Origin: Sminthopsis crassicaudata | Taxonomy: Eukaryota | Direction of reading: 5' to 3' | Length of the DNA: 64,000 nt | NCBI RefSeq assembly: GCF_048593235.1 | Contig: NC_133621.1 | Location: 231,467,238 to 231,531,237, forward strand | Shown here: piece by piece, positions 11,040 through 62,079 of the stretch | Numbering within the stretch: the stretch's first letter is position 1 | Layout of the letters: each line of letters starts with the position of its first letter | Position numbers and translations under genes: made by a program | Notes under the pieces: generated by a model | Database searches by the model: none | What the model saw: the letters and a program-made list of their open reading frames with translations, nothing else | What the model was told of the DNA's origin: nothing

Positions 11040-14000
11040 CTGGAAAGGGCAGGAGAGAGAGGACCTTTGATGGTTCAGTTTCTAAGGCCAGAAGTCCCCT
11101 TCCCCCAACCCCCATTACACACACTATTATAGTTTCCAGTTACAGACTCTTCAGCTTTGGGGTGAAAGAAGCCCTCATCAATGGTCCTTTCTCTCCAGTT
11201 GTTCCTGCCACCACAACTTTGGCTCTCCCGGACTGGAGAGGGCTCTCATCCTCGCCTGCTCCCTTCCCTCTGACTAGGCAGTTCCTCTAACCAGAAGACA
11301 GACATACTCTCTGTCTCATTCTGTCTCTCTTCTCTGTGTCTCTGTCTGTCTCTCTCTCTCCCCTTTTCTTTCTCTCTCTCCCTCTGTCACTCCCTCTCTT
11401 CTTTGACTAGCCTGCTTCCAAACCCTTTTCAAAATTCCCTGCCTTCACGAAGCTTTCCCAAACTCAACTCTAATAAACACCAGCATCCCTCTAACAAGGT
11501 TTGCTTCAGCAAGTATTACATGTAAGCTCATGTTTCTATGTGTGATTTTTGAGTGAACAGGGACCCTGTCTCCATATAAGTGGTTGGGGTGCTCAGGATA
11601 AGCAGGAGGGCCAAACAAAATGCCCTATATATAGTCAAAGTCTTATTCCTGAGGGCCTCAGATTTTTTTCTCCTGTGAAGGGAAAGAATCAGACTAAGAA
11701 GGAGAAAAGATGGTGGGGAAGGGAACTGGTTTGTTGTGACTGCACTCACTTGTCCAGCAGGCCCTTGTGCTTCAAAATGTTGTGCAGCTCCTGAGCTGTC
11801 TGGGGCCCCTGAAGCTTCTGCCCATTCAGCATCTCTTTTTCCAATTGTTCAATAGACTGTGAAAGAGATAGGAGTGGAGGAAGGCAGGGAGTAGACTGCC
11901 TCAGTAGTTGGGGTGGGGTGCAGTCTGAAATCTCAGATAGGGAATACGGGCAATGTGGAGGAATCATGGGGAGGGAGTAAGAACATTCACAGCAGATGCT
12001 TAGCTGGTTCCTTTTTCCCACTACTGTGCCTCAAGCCTGTTTTAGTCCTCCCAACCCAACCCACCCTTCCCTCCCTGAAGCTTCCCAACCCCTCTTCTCT
12101 TCCCCATTGCTCTCTTGGATCCTCAACCTGTCCATATTCTGTCATCTTCCACCCAATCTCTTGAACCCCCACCTTTCCAGTTCGGGCAAAAGCTTCAGCC
12201 ACTTTTCGATTCCGACCCCCATAACAGGTGGTAATGAGGTCAGCGATTCCACAACTTTCCAGGAAAGTAGTTGAAGAGACTGAGCCCTTGCAGAAGATCT
12301 TGGAGAAGGCAATCATTTCCATGAGTCCCAGCCGGATCACAGCAGCCTTTGTATTGTCACCAAAGCCCAGGCCATCACAGAAGCCAGCCCCAACAGCAAC
12401 TACATTCTTTGTGGGAAAGAAGGGAAATGTAGTCTCTAAAGGGCCATCATATCTCCTGCCTCAATCCCATAAGCTCTCTTTATAGAGTTGATGGGAGGAT
12501 GAGGGGAGATCTGAATATCATGTCTAGAAGTTTTTAAACTAGCGTCAATTTGTATTCTTAAGAAATATTTTCATAACTTTTTCAATATAATTGGTGCTCT
12601 TTGTAAAATTTTTTTTTTTTGTATTTTATTGTATATCTTTAAAAATATTATTCTGGGAAGGGCTCCATAGGATTCACTATGCCAAAGTGACCCATGACTC
12701 AAATACTTTAGGGTATTCCCCTAAAGTGAAAGATTCTGCCTTTTCAATAATAAGGACAATATGAAAGATTAGCAACTCAATTCTGTTTCCAAAACCTTTT
12801 ATAGTGTCCTCCCTCTGGATACAAAGACTGTTCTTTTTCCCTGGGATGGCCTTTACCATCTAACCTAGGTAGTAAATGGAGCACTGGGCCTGGAGTCAGA
12901 AAAATCTGGGTTCCAATCCAGCCTCAGACACTATCTATCTAAATCACTTAACTACATTCTCTTATGTGTAAAATGAGGACAATAAAAGTGGCTCCCTAGA
13001 GGATCAAATGAGATGTGTACAGTTCTCAGCAGAGCACCCAACACGAATTTGATAATTGCTACCAATCCTACCTCACACCTTCTTCCTCTAGAAATACTCA
13101 CTGGGTTCATTCACAGCACCACCATTCTTTCTAGCTGCCTCCGCTCTTTCCTTATCTCTGTAGCTGTATCCTTGCTCCCTTGTCCTTGTCTCTCCAGATA
13201 CTCAAGGACAAGGGCTCTCTTTTCCCTTTGGATCTTCCTTTAGCCTCCAAGATAGGGTTTTCACAAAGGACACAGGTGGTCCAGATAAGGACAGGCATTT
13301 TTTTCATGTCGTGGTCGGTGGAGGGAGAATCTGAACCTGTTTCCCCAAGTTCCCTTTCTAAGTTGTACTTGGAGTCTAGCAGCCTATAGTTCTCCCGATG
13401 GAGCCCAATTAACCCCTCCCTTTGCCCCTCACCTTTAGGGCCCCACAGATCTCTACTGTGTCTACTTCTTGCACCACAGTTATTCGGAAATTTGGTGTTT
13501 GCAATAGCTCCTTCAGCAGCTGCCCTTCGGCCAGGTTCCTGCAGCCTAAAGTGGAAGGGATTAGGCTAAGCAAGAGATGTCACTCAATGATAGCTTTTTT
13601 CTTCTGATCTCTGCTCCAGACATTTCTATTCCCTTCTATTTCCCTTGCCCCACCATATTCCTCTATACACCCTCTAGTCTTCCCCTTGTCAGTATCTTTA
13701 TGGGGGGAAAAGGTTAGGAAAAGAGATGGATGGGGCTTTGGTGAAGGGAGGGACAAGGAGGTCTCACCAATAGTGGTTTCACAGAATTTCTCATCAGCCA
13801 CCTCACTGGCAATGTTGGCTCCCATCAGCACACTAATGGGGATGCCCAGTCGTTCATGGATCACCTCAGAGATCAGCTTCAGGCCATCAGGGCCTTCGTC
13901 CACACCCTGGGCATACAATGGGACTCCGAGCTAGCTTCCTTCCTATTTCTCCCCTCTCTCTGTCCACCATCCCAAGTCCCCATATATGAAGACCTCTCCC

Positions 14001-16006
14001 CTCTAAACTATCATTCTGCAGCCTTCCCTGACTATGATCTTCCTCCTATCCCAACTCAGGAACAGAGGTACTTCTGTCCTTAGCCATTCCCACAATCTCC
14101 CAGAACAACACACCACTCCCCTATCCCATTTCTCTGGAATGAATAAGAATTCAAATGGCTGCTCTGGTTCTTACCCCTCACTATAGCCATTCTTCCCCAC
14201 CCTCTTTCTCCCCCCCTAGGCACCTTGATAAGAGACACCCCAATGGCATTTCCCTTCAGATGACCCTTGAGCTGGTCACAGATTTTGCCAATGAATTGGT
14301 GGGGCACCACGAAAATGAGGATGTCTGCATCTGCGGCTGCCTGGATCACATCTGGTATAGCCACCTAAAGGAATGGTAGAGCAGTGCTGACAGGGCCGTT
14401 CTTGGGGCTGGGGGAGGGTGATGGTGGAAGAAGGAAGGAGGGAAATTCGAGCACGGAGGCAGGATTGAGTTTCATAGGAGCTATTAAAGAGACAAGTCAT
14501 TCCCCCAATTTCCCTTCCTCAACAGCTTCAGCTATTGGGTGGGGAAGGGGATTAAAAAAGATTTTTGAAAACTTCTGAAACTCCAACTTGCTCCCAAGGC
14601 TTATCTGTGGGATGTGACAGGTAACTAAAAAGAGGATGGGTTGGGCTGAATGGGGTAATTTGGATGAGTTTCAGGGCTAAGAATGAATCCCAGACAACAT
14701 ACCTGCTCCTTTTTAGGGAGAAAAGTAAAAGACAAATGAGTTTGGCCCTATGACTGTAGTTCACGGAGCAGTTTCCAAGGTCAGCCACTGGGTGAATGAG
14801 TAACAGGATGAGAGCCAGGGGCACTATCCTGAACCCCAGTCTGGAAGCCTGTCCTTGGTTGCCATGGAGATGACTTGCTTCTAAGCCTCCCTCCCCCCCT
14901 TTCCTCATCTAGCCCAGCCCCAGAGTTACCTTAGGGAAAGTGGACACTGCATTCCTTTCCTTCTCTGATCTTGAGAAACCCCAGAGCAGTATTAGGGGGC
15001 TGACTCTTCTTGGATAGATAGGTTACATTTTGTGCAATCCTCTCACCCTCTGGGCTGCTACTGACTTGGGATTGGGTCCAGCTTCCCTCAAAAGGCCTCT
15101 TACTTTAGGGCTCAGAGTGTGAGCCCATACACTGTCCACTATCATTCTCCCTACCCCCATTCATCTTTTTTTCCCCCCATTCATCTTTTGGGAGGCCTCA
15201 CCACATTGAGTGGCAGCTTGTGCCCAGGTAGGTATTTGACATTCTCATGCTTGGTGTTGATGATCTCTGTTAGCTTTTGGCCAGAAACTTCCTCCTCAAA
15301 CACCCACATGGCGACCTGAGGGTCAAACTGTACCAGCTGGGTTACATTGCTACCCACAATCTTGGCGATAGCTGAGCCCCTAAGGAAAGGTGGTAAAAGA
15401 GGATATAGTGAGATTGGTGATAAGGGAGTAATTTCTAACACCTGAGTAGGCTGAGGAGACAGCGGTTACAGCCAGTGCCTATTCTCAGGCTAATAGATTA
15501 AACTCAAATGAAATGTAAATAACCACCTATCATACCCGACCACCCCTACCCAGGAAATATTGGGGTACCTGAGACACCAAATAGTTTGGGATACTAATGG
15601 GATTTAGTCCTACTGAATAGGGATGAGATCCAGGTTTTAGATTCATACCATCTAGCTGCTAGGAAAGGCACCTGCTGTCACCCCAACACAATTAAACCAA
15701 TCACATGGTGGGAAATTAAAGTCAAGCCAGCCTCTTTTTTTCCAGGGGTATTGGTACAATTAGGAGAAGGAGCAACCACTAAGGCCCTATCGTGCTCCTC
15801 TTTTTCAGAATAAGGATATAGGGCTGTTGTGGCAACTTTTGGGGCTAAGGCAGGACAGAGGGCATTTCGGACTCTTCCCCTCTCAAATCCATGACACTGA
15901 CACCCAAAGGCTCATATGACTTCCCTCCTTTTCTCCCCGCCATAGCCCTCAATAGGGCCTCTTACCAGTTCCCTGATCCCACGATGCAGACCTTCTTGCT
16001 TGCCAT
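10943..16006 (-). CDS. GPD1: Cytosolic NAD+-dependent glycerol-3-phosphate dehydrogenase, 349 aa, 8 exons
   Basis: complement(join(10943..11039,11750..11856,12173..12406,13433..13545,13768..13906,14224..14364,15202..15379,15966..16006)) = 1050 nt. [22 protein letters not shown]...CLQNHPEHM*; all introns GT-AG. Confidence 0.98.
11750..11856 (-). CDS. GPD1: GPD1 exon 7 (107 nt)
   Basis: [18 protein letters not shown]...GLLD. Confidence 0.97.
12173..12406 (-). CDS. GPD1: GPD1 exon 6 (234 nt)
   Basis: [12 protein letters not shown]...[13 protein letters not shown]...RTGK. Confidence 0.97.
12521..12710 (-). mobile_element. Non-autonomous hAT-like DNA transposon (MITE) fragment in GPD1 intron 5
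   Basis: Reverse complement contains 'gtgaatcctatggagcccttcccagaataatatttttaaa', the same family core as 38695-38850. Confidence 0.5.
13433..13545 (-). CDS. GPD1: GPD1 exon 5 (113 nt)
   Basis: [11 protein letters not shown]...EICGALK (K204). Confidence 0.97.
13768..13906 (-). CDS. GPD1: GPD1 exon 4 (139 nt)
   Basis: [11 protein letters not shown]...FCETTI. Confidence 0.97.
14224..14364 (-). CDS. GPD1: GPD1 exon 3 (141 nt)
   Basis: VAIPDVIQA...VSLIK (catalytic K120). Confidence 0.97.
15202..15379 (-). CDS. GPD1: GPD1 exon 2 (178 nt)
   Basis: GSAIAKIVG...GHKLPLNV; ag/gt boundaries. Confidence 0.97.
15966..16006 (-). CDS. GPD1: GPD1 exon 1 (41 nt CDS)
   Basis: ATG GCA AGC AAG AAG ... AAC TG|gtaag ([13 protein letters not shown]). 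Confidence 0.97.
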
Positions 16007-16070
16007 GGTCCTGTTTCCCTGCCTGGCCTGCTGCGTACCACACTGCCTTGCTCCTCTGTCTGCTCTGAAC

Positions 16071-16076
16071 ATTTAA
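16071..16076 (-). promoter_or_regulatory. TATA-like TTAAAT upstream of GPD1
   Basis: About 65 nt upstream of the ATG, compatible with a short 5'UTR. Confidence 0.35.
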
Positions 16077-18762
16077 CTTGGCATGTTGGAGAAGTCAAGC
16101 TCCACCCCTAATGAGGGGGTGGGATGAGGGAGAGTCCAACAGGGACAGGGAGGAACAGGCAGACAGGGACAGGAAATCAGGACACTCGTCTCAATCTCTT
16201 TCTACTGTCAGCTGGCACCTTCTGGTCTCCTGCTTCCCTAGGAGAACTCACAAGGTGAGGGACTAAGCTGTACTTTTTGTCAGACCCGGTAACAGTACCT
16301 TTTCTGGGCTGTTGTCTAGCAGTAACAATGACCAACACCACCTCATATTATGCTCCCCGGGGGTTAGCATTCTTCAATTTTACAGACAGGGACTCCCCAA
16401 AATGAATGGGTCCATCCCCGACATAACCTAGTACAATCTCAAGAGATCTGGCTGCTCAACCAACACATCCAAGGCTGAATGAGTCTCCACTAGAGTAGTC
16501 ATTCTGGGTTCCTACCTCAGGTTTCTTTGACAGGTCCCCATGTGACACAGCTCACCTTTGAATGGCGGTAGTGGAGTTTCATTTTGGGGACAGTAGTGGA
16601 AAGATCCTGAGAAAAATTGGGCAAGGAATTAACTCATTTATATGCTTTGCCAACTCCCAGGCACTCTTCTTAAGGACTTAAGAGGGGAGCAGAGGTGATA
16701 ATAGATAAGATACCCTTCGCCTGCAGTTTCCATGCCTCCTATAAGCACATATCAAGCCCAGGTTGCAGGCTGTCAGCACTACCTACTATTCCTAGAGAGT
16801 GTATGGAGGGGTGTCAGGAGAAATGGCAAGAATGGATTCTGCAGGTCCAAGTCTGTGTGCTCACATATTCATGTTTGGTTAAGAGAGGGCAAAAGTTCCC
16901 AAGCTACCTTGGAGGGGAGGGGAAGAGGCCTCTTGGACATTGCCTGTGCACTTTGGCCTAAAAGGCAGACAATCATCCTGGGCCTAAGACTGCATTCACA
17001 TGCCCAGCTACTGCTAGATAAAAACTGGGCTAGTGGGGAGCCCCAATCTAGCTGGGGGATGGAAATGAGCACATGGGAGGTAAAAGTTCACAAGATAATG
17101 GGAGGGGCCTGCAGTCACTTCTCTAGCTGGGCTCTCTTCTCCCAGGGTAATAAAATTTCCCCGAAGCTTGGTCAGATTCCTTCTCCAGAACATAATGTTG
17201 CTTCCAATTCAAGGCTGGCTTCTTTCCTCAGCTCCACCCCCATTTTCCTCTTGGCACAGACTGTACAGGCTGGCAACAAGAGTTCACGTATCAGCTAGAG
17301 GCATTGGAGGAGAGGCAAAGACAGGCAGAGTAATTCTGTGACTAGAACACCTCTATTTTCTTCCCAGGGGCAGAAGCACCAAAGTACAGGTGAATCTCCA
17401 CATCTGGCTCCCTTCTACTTCTGTCTTGCTCTCAGAGGCAGCAGGAGGTGGAACTCTAAAGCAGAAATGACTCTGGACAAGCCACTTGACTTCTGCTTGT
17501 CTTGGTTTCCCCAGCTTTAAAATGAGAATGACAGGGTTGTTGTGAAGACCAAATATTTGTAACAATGCTTAGCACACAGTTCTTACTTAGTTCCTTCCCT
17601 TCATTTGATTGCCCAACATTCTCTACTTGATTCCTTTCTTCTCCCACCCTGAGTCATCTCAAGGAGGGTAGGGCAGGGATAAAGATGAATTAAGATCTAA
17701 AAAGTCAGAACTGGCCCAGTATCATACTCCTAGTTTCTGGTAGAGGTAGGATTCTCAAAAAAAGCCAAACTGCAAATTATTTATCTACAGCTAAGAAAAT
17801 AGTATTTAATACAACTTAATGTCCAGCACATAAGACCCCTGCCCTGTTCCAATGTTATTGACCCCTCCCAGAAAGCTATCTCCCTATTCAAAGGTTTGAA
17901 GATTTGAAGAACTATAATCTAATATACCCCATTTTAATTGTATCAGCAGCTTGGCCAACTCTACTAATCCAGGGAAGCAGAGAAATAACAAAAGTTGCTT
18001 AATTTGAGATGTGATTATTAACAGACTAATCCCCTTTCTTCTTGTGAAGTCCTACCTCAGCAGCTCAGAACCAAACTGACTGGTAGAAGGAAAGGACAAC
18101 ATGACAAGACATATAATTGAGTTGATTGATTGTGAGGAATACCAATGTAGGTGAATATATTTTGAGTTCAATAACTCCTGAGAAATTCTTCTGGTTCTTG
18201 GGTGATTAACTCACTTTAAATTTAAAACAAAACAAAAAAACAGGTTCATGCTTCCAAATCTTAAATGTGAATTGTATCCTCCAGGCCATTAAAAAGGGAA
18301 TCCTTAAGACAAAGAAAACTTATAGTAAGAGGCTACACAGGAACCTTGAAATGACCTGGAAAGCAAAACTCTTCTCAAGTAATGACAACCCACCCCCAGG
18401 ACAGTGAATTCCAAGAGCTAACTCTGGTGACCTAGGGAATCAGACTTCAGATGAAGCTAGGGAAGGTCAAGGCAGAAAGGCAAATTGTGAGAAGATTGGG
18501 GCTGGCACAAACCAGACTTCAGATGTTAAAAACCTTAGGGAAGACAGGGTCAATCACAGCTGATAGATTGTGGCCTCCTTCCTCAGATTTCCTTCCATAC
18601 CTGCAACTAATCCTGAGTAGTACTGAAAGCCTCAATGTTATTTTAGTCCTTTTGAAGTATTTAGGCTCCCTTTCCCTGTAGAGTAATTGGTAGTAGACAG
18701 AGGGCATTGAGTGAATAAGAGTTCTCTATCAAAAAGGGGAAACCCATCCTTCAGAAGATGCT

Positions 18763-18768
18763 TTTATT
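18763..18768 (-). terminator. Likely SMARCD1 polyadenylation signal AATAAA
   Basis: tttatt on + strand, 1.55 kb after the stop codon; a second candidate lies at 19466-19471. Confidence 0.6.
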
Positions 18769-20320
18769 AAAACTGGGTGACATCTATAAGGGAACAGTAC
18801 AAAAAAAAATTTTGGTCCATGAAAAAACATAATATTCAGTTAATAAAAAGTTATCTGCAACAGGGACACTGCCTAAGTGGTGGGAGGAAGGCCCATGTCT
18901 GAGCTTCCTTCACATGGTCCTGGCCAAGAGTGGGACCAGGGCTCAGCTGCCCTCTCCCAACAGAGGTTTGTGAGGTGTTATTGTAATAGTGTAAGGGAAG
19001 CTTTTCAGGGGATAATGGGGAGATTCCGCTGCCATCCGATGTGGAGTAGGCATGGAGGAGAGTGCACTCGCAGGAGCCTGAGGAGGGGTGGGGAGGCAGG
19101 AGTGTCAGTTCTGTGGGGTTTTGGAGCTGATACCAAACCCAAAGCCCCTTCTGTACCTGCTGCTCTCCCACCCTGCTGTGTTGAGTCTGCGAGCCTGAGA
19201 GATGCTAACTTAAGGGAAATATTCAACCTAGAAAAGGAACATGGGGCTTTCCTGGAAGGATGCAAGACCATCTCAGTTCCACTGGTCCTGCTGCCTACCT
19301 GAGGGGCTGAAGAATTTCAGTTGGGATCAGGGGTAGAGAGAGTCACAAACCCAACAAAGAGCCGCTCTCCAGCCCTGGGCTCCCTCATTGCCCAGTGTCC
19401 CCAGGACCCACTATGGGGTGCTAATTAAAAGGGGCATGGGACAAGGAGACAGATTGCCCAGAGCTTTTATTCATTGGGTTTAAGGGGTTTCTCTCTACTA
19501 GGGAAAAGGTGGACTGGGAGGGTTGGTGGCCACATCTCCAAGCAATAGCTGGAAGGAATGGATGCCTTTGCTGGCAGTGACAACACACAGGGGAATGGAT
19601 GTGAGGAAAGGCAGGGCTCCCAGCCCAAATGCCCTGGCTTAGGAGGAATCCTAAGAAAAAGCAGCAGCTATTGGGAGTGTGCCAGGTAGGACCAGCCGTC
19701 AGGGAACAAACTCTTAATACTGATGTGAACCCCTACACAGGGGACGAGGGGAAGAGCTAAGCCAGCAGGCCATCCTAGGAACACAGCCTAAGGCTCAAAT
19801 AGGTCAAGTGGTCTAAAAGCTCCCGTGGGTCCCAGAACATCCCATTAAGAGAAGAGTTTGTATCAAACTAATAAAAGGAAAGAAAATGGGATCCTATATA
19901 GGAACAATCAAAACCCAACTAACTTATAGAATGCCCCCAGTCCAAATCTGGGGTCACATAAGGGCAAGATGAGTTTAGTTGTTTCTTTTGAAGATCACTT
20001 GGCCTTAGGCCCAATCCATTCAGAGCATTGATTACCACTATAAGTTCTCTTACTAATTAATACTAACTAGAGGTCCTATGTAGACCAGGAAAAGGGAGAG
20101 GCACATGGGAGTTTTGTGAGGCAAAGGGGAGTTTGAGAGACTGGGGAGAAGAATATTTTCTCTTGAGACAGAAACGTGGGACCCTCTTCATCTTGGTATC
20201 ATCCTTCAACCAGCAGCTTCCTCAGGGGACCCCCAAGCAAGACTAGGGCAGGTGCTATGGGGAGGCATGAGCGCCTAAACGAAGAATTGGTGTGGCCGGG
20301 CTGAGGATGGAGGAGGGCCC

Positions 20321-29230
<8,910 letters not shown>

Positions 29231-30207
29231 TTGCAGATAAGAAAACTGAGGCTCGATGATTTCGCTGGCTAGTCTTGATAGAGTGCTTTATGGTTTGTAA
29301 AGCATTTCACAAATCTCTCGGCTTTTTTTTTTTTTTTAATTCAAACAACCCTGGGAGATGCGCGCTATATAATTTTAGCATTTTACGGAGGAGGAAACTG
29401 ATGCAGGCACGCAGGTAAGCTTGCCCGAGGGCAGATGACTGTGCCTGGATTTGAATTTAGGGTCTGCCTGGCTCCGAGTCCGAAGACTTGGCTGACGTCG
29501 GACGGCTCTCCCAGACAGTGCGTAAGCCCCTCCTCCCTGTGTGCGGGACTTTGAAAACTTGGGAGAGGAGTTCGGGGCTCACAGCTCAGAAATGGGGGAG
29601 TCGGCATTTGAACTCCTTTCTCCAAGCTTTTTTTTTAAGACCCTGTCTTCCCCACCAACTACTAACTGTTACATCTGCCTTGTTCCCAATCTTTCCTGGA
29701 CCCGGGGTCAAGAAGACCTGACTTAAAATTGAGTCTGATTTACTAGCTGTGTGTGACCTGAGCTAATCACTCCCCTAGCCTCAATTTCCTATAAAATGGG
29801 GACATTCATGTTAGCAATTTACGTTACACAATTATTTTAATGTTCCAAAGAAAGTTTTCATATAGCTTTTTATAGTGTATAAAAGTTCACGTAGGTACTA
29901 TTGTTTAATCTAGAGCCAAACTGGTATCCATTCTGGAAGAGTCTTTCTTGGGGAATCTCCCTCTCTTTACGCTCTGAGTCACACAGCTGGGAAGCATCAA
30001 ACTCATTTTTGATCCTTTGTTAGAAAGCCCAGCTCCATAGAAGAAAGATGTTTGGCCTAAAAAGGGTCATCCAGGCCCTCAAAGGATTCCTCCCCAGTGC
30101 CGAATCCAGCAGCATTCTAAGTGCCAGGCGGGTTTAACACATGAATGGTTGAACCAATTAATGAGCGATGAATAACAACATGGTGAGGGAAGGTGGTTGA
30201 AACCCAG

Positions 30208-30213
30208 TTTATT
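30208..30213 (-). terminator. Likely ASIC1 polyadenylation signal AATAAA
   Basis: tttatt on + strand, about 2.1 kb after the ASIC1 stop. Confidence 0.55.
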
Positions 30214-32341
30214 ATACCAGAAGAGTGTCTCCTCCACAGTCCTGCTCGCTGCCACCACTGCTGCTCCTTTACTACTCCTGTTTCTCTACAAGGAGATCTG
30301 CTCTCTATCCAAGTGACCACCAGGCACCAGGTGTTTATGGGCTCCCAGCAGTGTCTTCTTCCTAATCTCTGCCACTCTCCCAATGAATGGGATGGAGAGG
30401 GGAGAACAAATATCTCCTGGAATTATGTCAGAGGCCATCCTCCGCATCAGAGGCTATGTTGGCTGGGACCTTCCCCAGCCCCCCACAAGAGGACTTTAGG
30501 ATGGAAGTGGTGTTTCTGGACCATCTGAAGTCGTCTGAGAAAGATGAATGGAAGGAGCAAACCTATTATTTCTCTGGGGGCGGGGGGAATAGGCAGACGG
30601 TGTAACAGCATGAGCTCCCAACTCTTCCTCTTGTCCTGTCTTATCAAGTCCAACCTTGCCCCTAAAATCTGAGAAATGGAGATATAGGTTTGGACCCCAG
30701 GTAAGGAAAGAGAGGATGAGTAGTCAGTAGTGGGGAGAATTTGACCCTAGCCAACATAGTCTTGGGAACAAAACACTTGGATACTATCTCCTAGCCAACT
30801 ATGTATTTCTCCGTGGCTACCCTTAGAAGCTATGAGTTGTTTCCCACACTTAGACTGTCTCTGATGCCTTCTCTCCATGTTCCAGGGACTCCATAGTCTA
30901 TAACTCTCCTTGGCTTGGGTCCAAGAGGAATATCCGTCCTCTGAGCTGAGTGCCAATTCTCTGTGTCCACCCCTTCCCCAAGGAAGAAAGTCCCAGTCAG
31001 AACAGGGATAATGGGACTGATGGAAAAAAAGGAAGAAGCCTTAAGGCTACAGGGAGGGCTCCAAGCATAGAAAGATTGGGTGGAAGGGGGCAGACCAGAA
31101 AGAGGCAAAGCTTGTGATTCACAGCTTCCTTTATGTCCAAGACAGTGAGAGAGTTACAATGCGTACGTCGTCTCCTTGTGCTTCTCAAGGGGGATGTGTG
31201 TACACAGTACAAACATCGGAGGAGAGTCCAACACTTTATACAAGTGGAGGCATTCAGAGGGGTTGGTAGTAGGGCGGTCAGAGAGACAAGGAGATTTGGG
31301 AGGAAGTAGGGATGGGACTTAGAGACACAAGGGATCGTGATGGGTACAGACAGGAGTTTAAGGGAAGGAGTATATACAGAGTTATAGCAATATAGAGTCT
31401 GTATCATATAGAAATAGAAAATGCAGATGAAGTCATAGAAAGAAACAAATGGCATAGAGGACAAAGAATTGGGGAAGTTCCATAAGAAAATTTATGGATG
31501 TAGTCCCATGCAAAGGACCCCTGGAGAGAGGAACTGGAAGTTAGGAGAGAAACAGGTACCAGTTCTCCTCTCCCTGAGTTGGGAATCAAGTGCCTACATT
31601 TTTTTCATGGGATGAGGATGAGGGATCCCATCAAAAATTTCTCTCATTTTGGGGATAGGACCAGGTTAGGATCAGGATATGAAACCTGTGCCTTGTCCTG
31701 TCCCAAGATCCTCAGGGACGTTATCCATTCCTTGATCTCTGAAGGGGTGCCCAGTAAGTGTAAGGGAGGGAGGGCCAGGGGCCTCAATTCCTGCCCTTGT
31801 GATTTACAATCAGAGGGGGGGGACACTGTACTAAAAGGGTCTCTTAAGGCTAGGGAAGCCCTCCTCTCCCATTAGCCCTCCCTCCTAAAGTACATTCTCT
31901 GTCTGGGGCCCAATTCAAGACCCTGAAGGAATCTTTCCACTCATGTCCTCCCTGCTGGGACAGCTTCATTGAATGGTGGAAGTAGGATGAGAATGGATGT
32001 TCAAACAGACATAGGTCAGGCTAGGAGCAGGGGGAGGCAGCATAGGGCATAGAGGGACAGCCTGGGGTCCTTTGCCCTTTCTCTTTGTAGTTTATTTCTG
32101 TTATTTGTTTTGTTAAAAATAAAAATGTATGGGTATGGAGGGCAAGGGAGTAGAGAAGGGCACTGAACTCAGGACCCCCTTCCACCAGTTCTAGAAGAGA
32201 AAGACTTTGAAAAGAGTTGGGAGCTGCCCTTGGAGTGGGAGGGGCAATGGTAAGCCCCAGGGCAGATGAACAGCTTAATCCCCCAGGTTTTCCTTGCCCT
32301 CCTCTTCCTTCCCAGGCCTTTGGTATGACAACTGGCAGGGC

Positions 32342-61615
<29,274 letters not shown>

Positions 61616-62005
61616 TTAGAGCCTCTCTGCCCAGAATGAGGGTGCCTCCAAATGTGGGGTAGCCTGGGACAGTCTCTCTTGATGTGGTCAGGGGACAGGG
61701 GATCTCTCTGCAAATGTGCTGACCCCGGAACAGGAGATCCCCAAGCTGGGGCAAAATGGGGCAGGAGAGATGTCTCAGATCTATTCCCAGGGAATAGGAG
61801 TTCTTTCCTGTCACTCAGGCAGAGGCCCCCAACTCCCTCTTCCCCCTTCCTAGTAAAAAGCTTCCCCCATCCCCCATTGCTGACCCTCGTGTTGGAGGCT
61901 CCTTTTTAATATGACTGTCACAGGGGCCAGTACTCTCCCGGTGGACTAATTCGGGGTCAGGACATCTCGAGACTGGGGGAAGGGGTGCTATTTTCTTAAC
62001 TGCAA

Positions 62006-62007
<2 letters not shown>

Positions 62008-62069
<62 letters not shown>
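62008..62069. repeat. Long (TG)n microsatellite in ASIC1 intron 1
   Basis: Direct reading. Confidence 0.97.

Positions 62070-62079
<10 letters not shown>

Noticed and set aside
14775-14783. CCAAGGTCA NR5A/ERR site in GPD1 intron 2
   Set aside because: A 9-mer expected about 0.5 times by chance; the same motif also occurs inside a SINE near 28111.
16732-17298. 188-aa plus-strand ORF upstream of GPD1
   Set aside because: No recognisable domain or splice structure; treated as chance.
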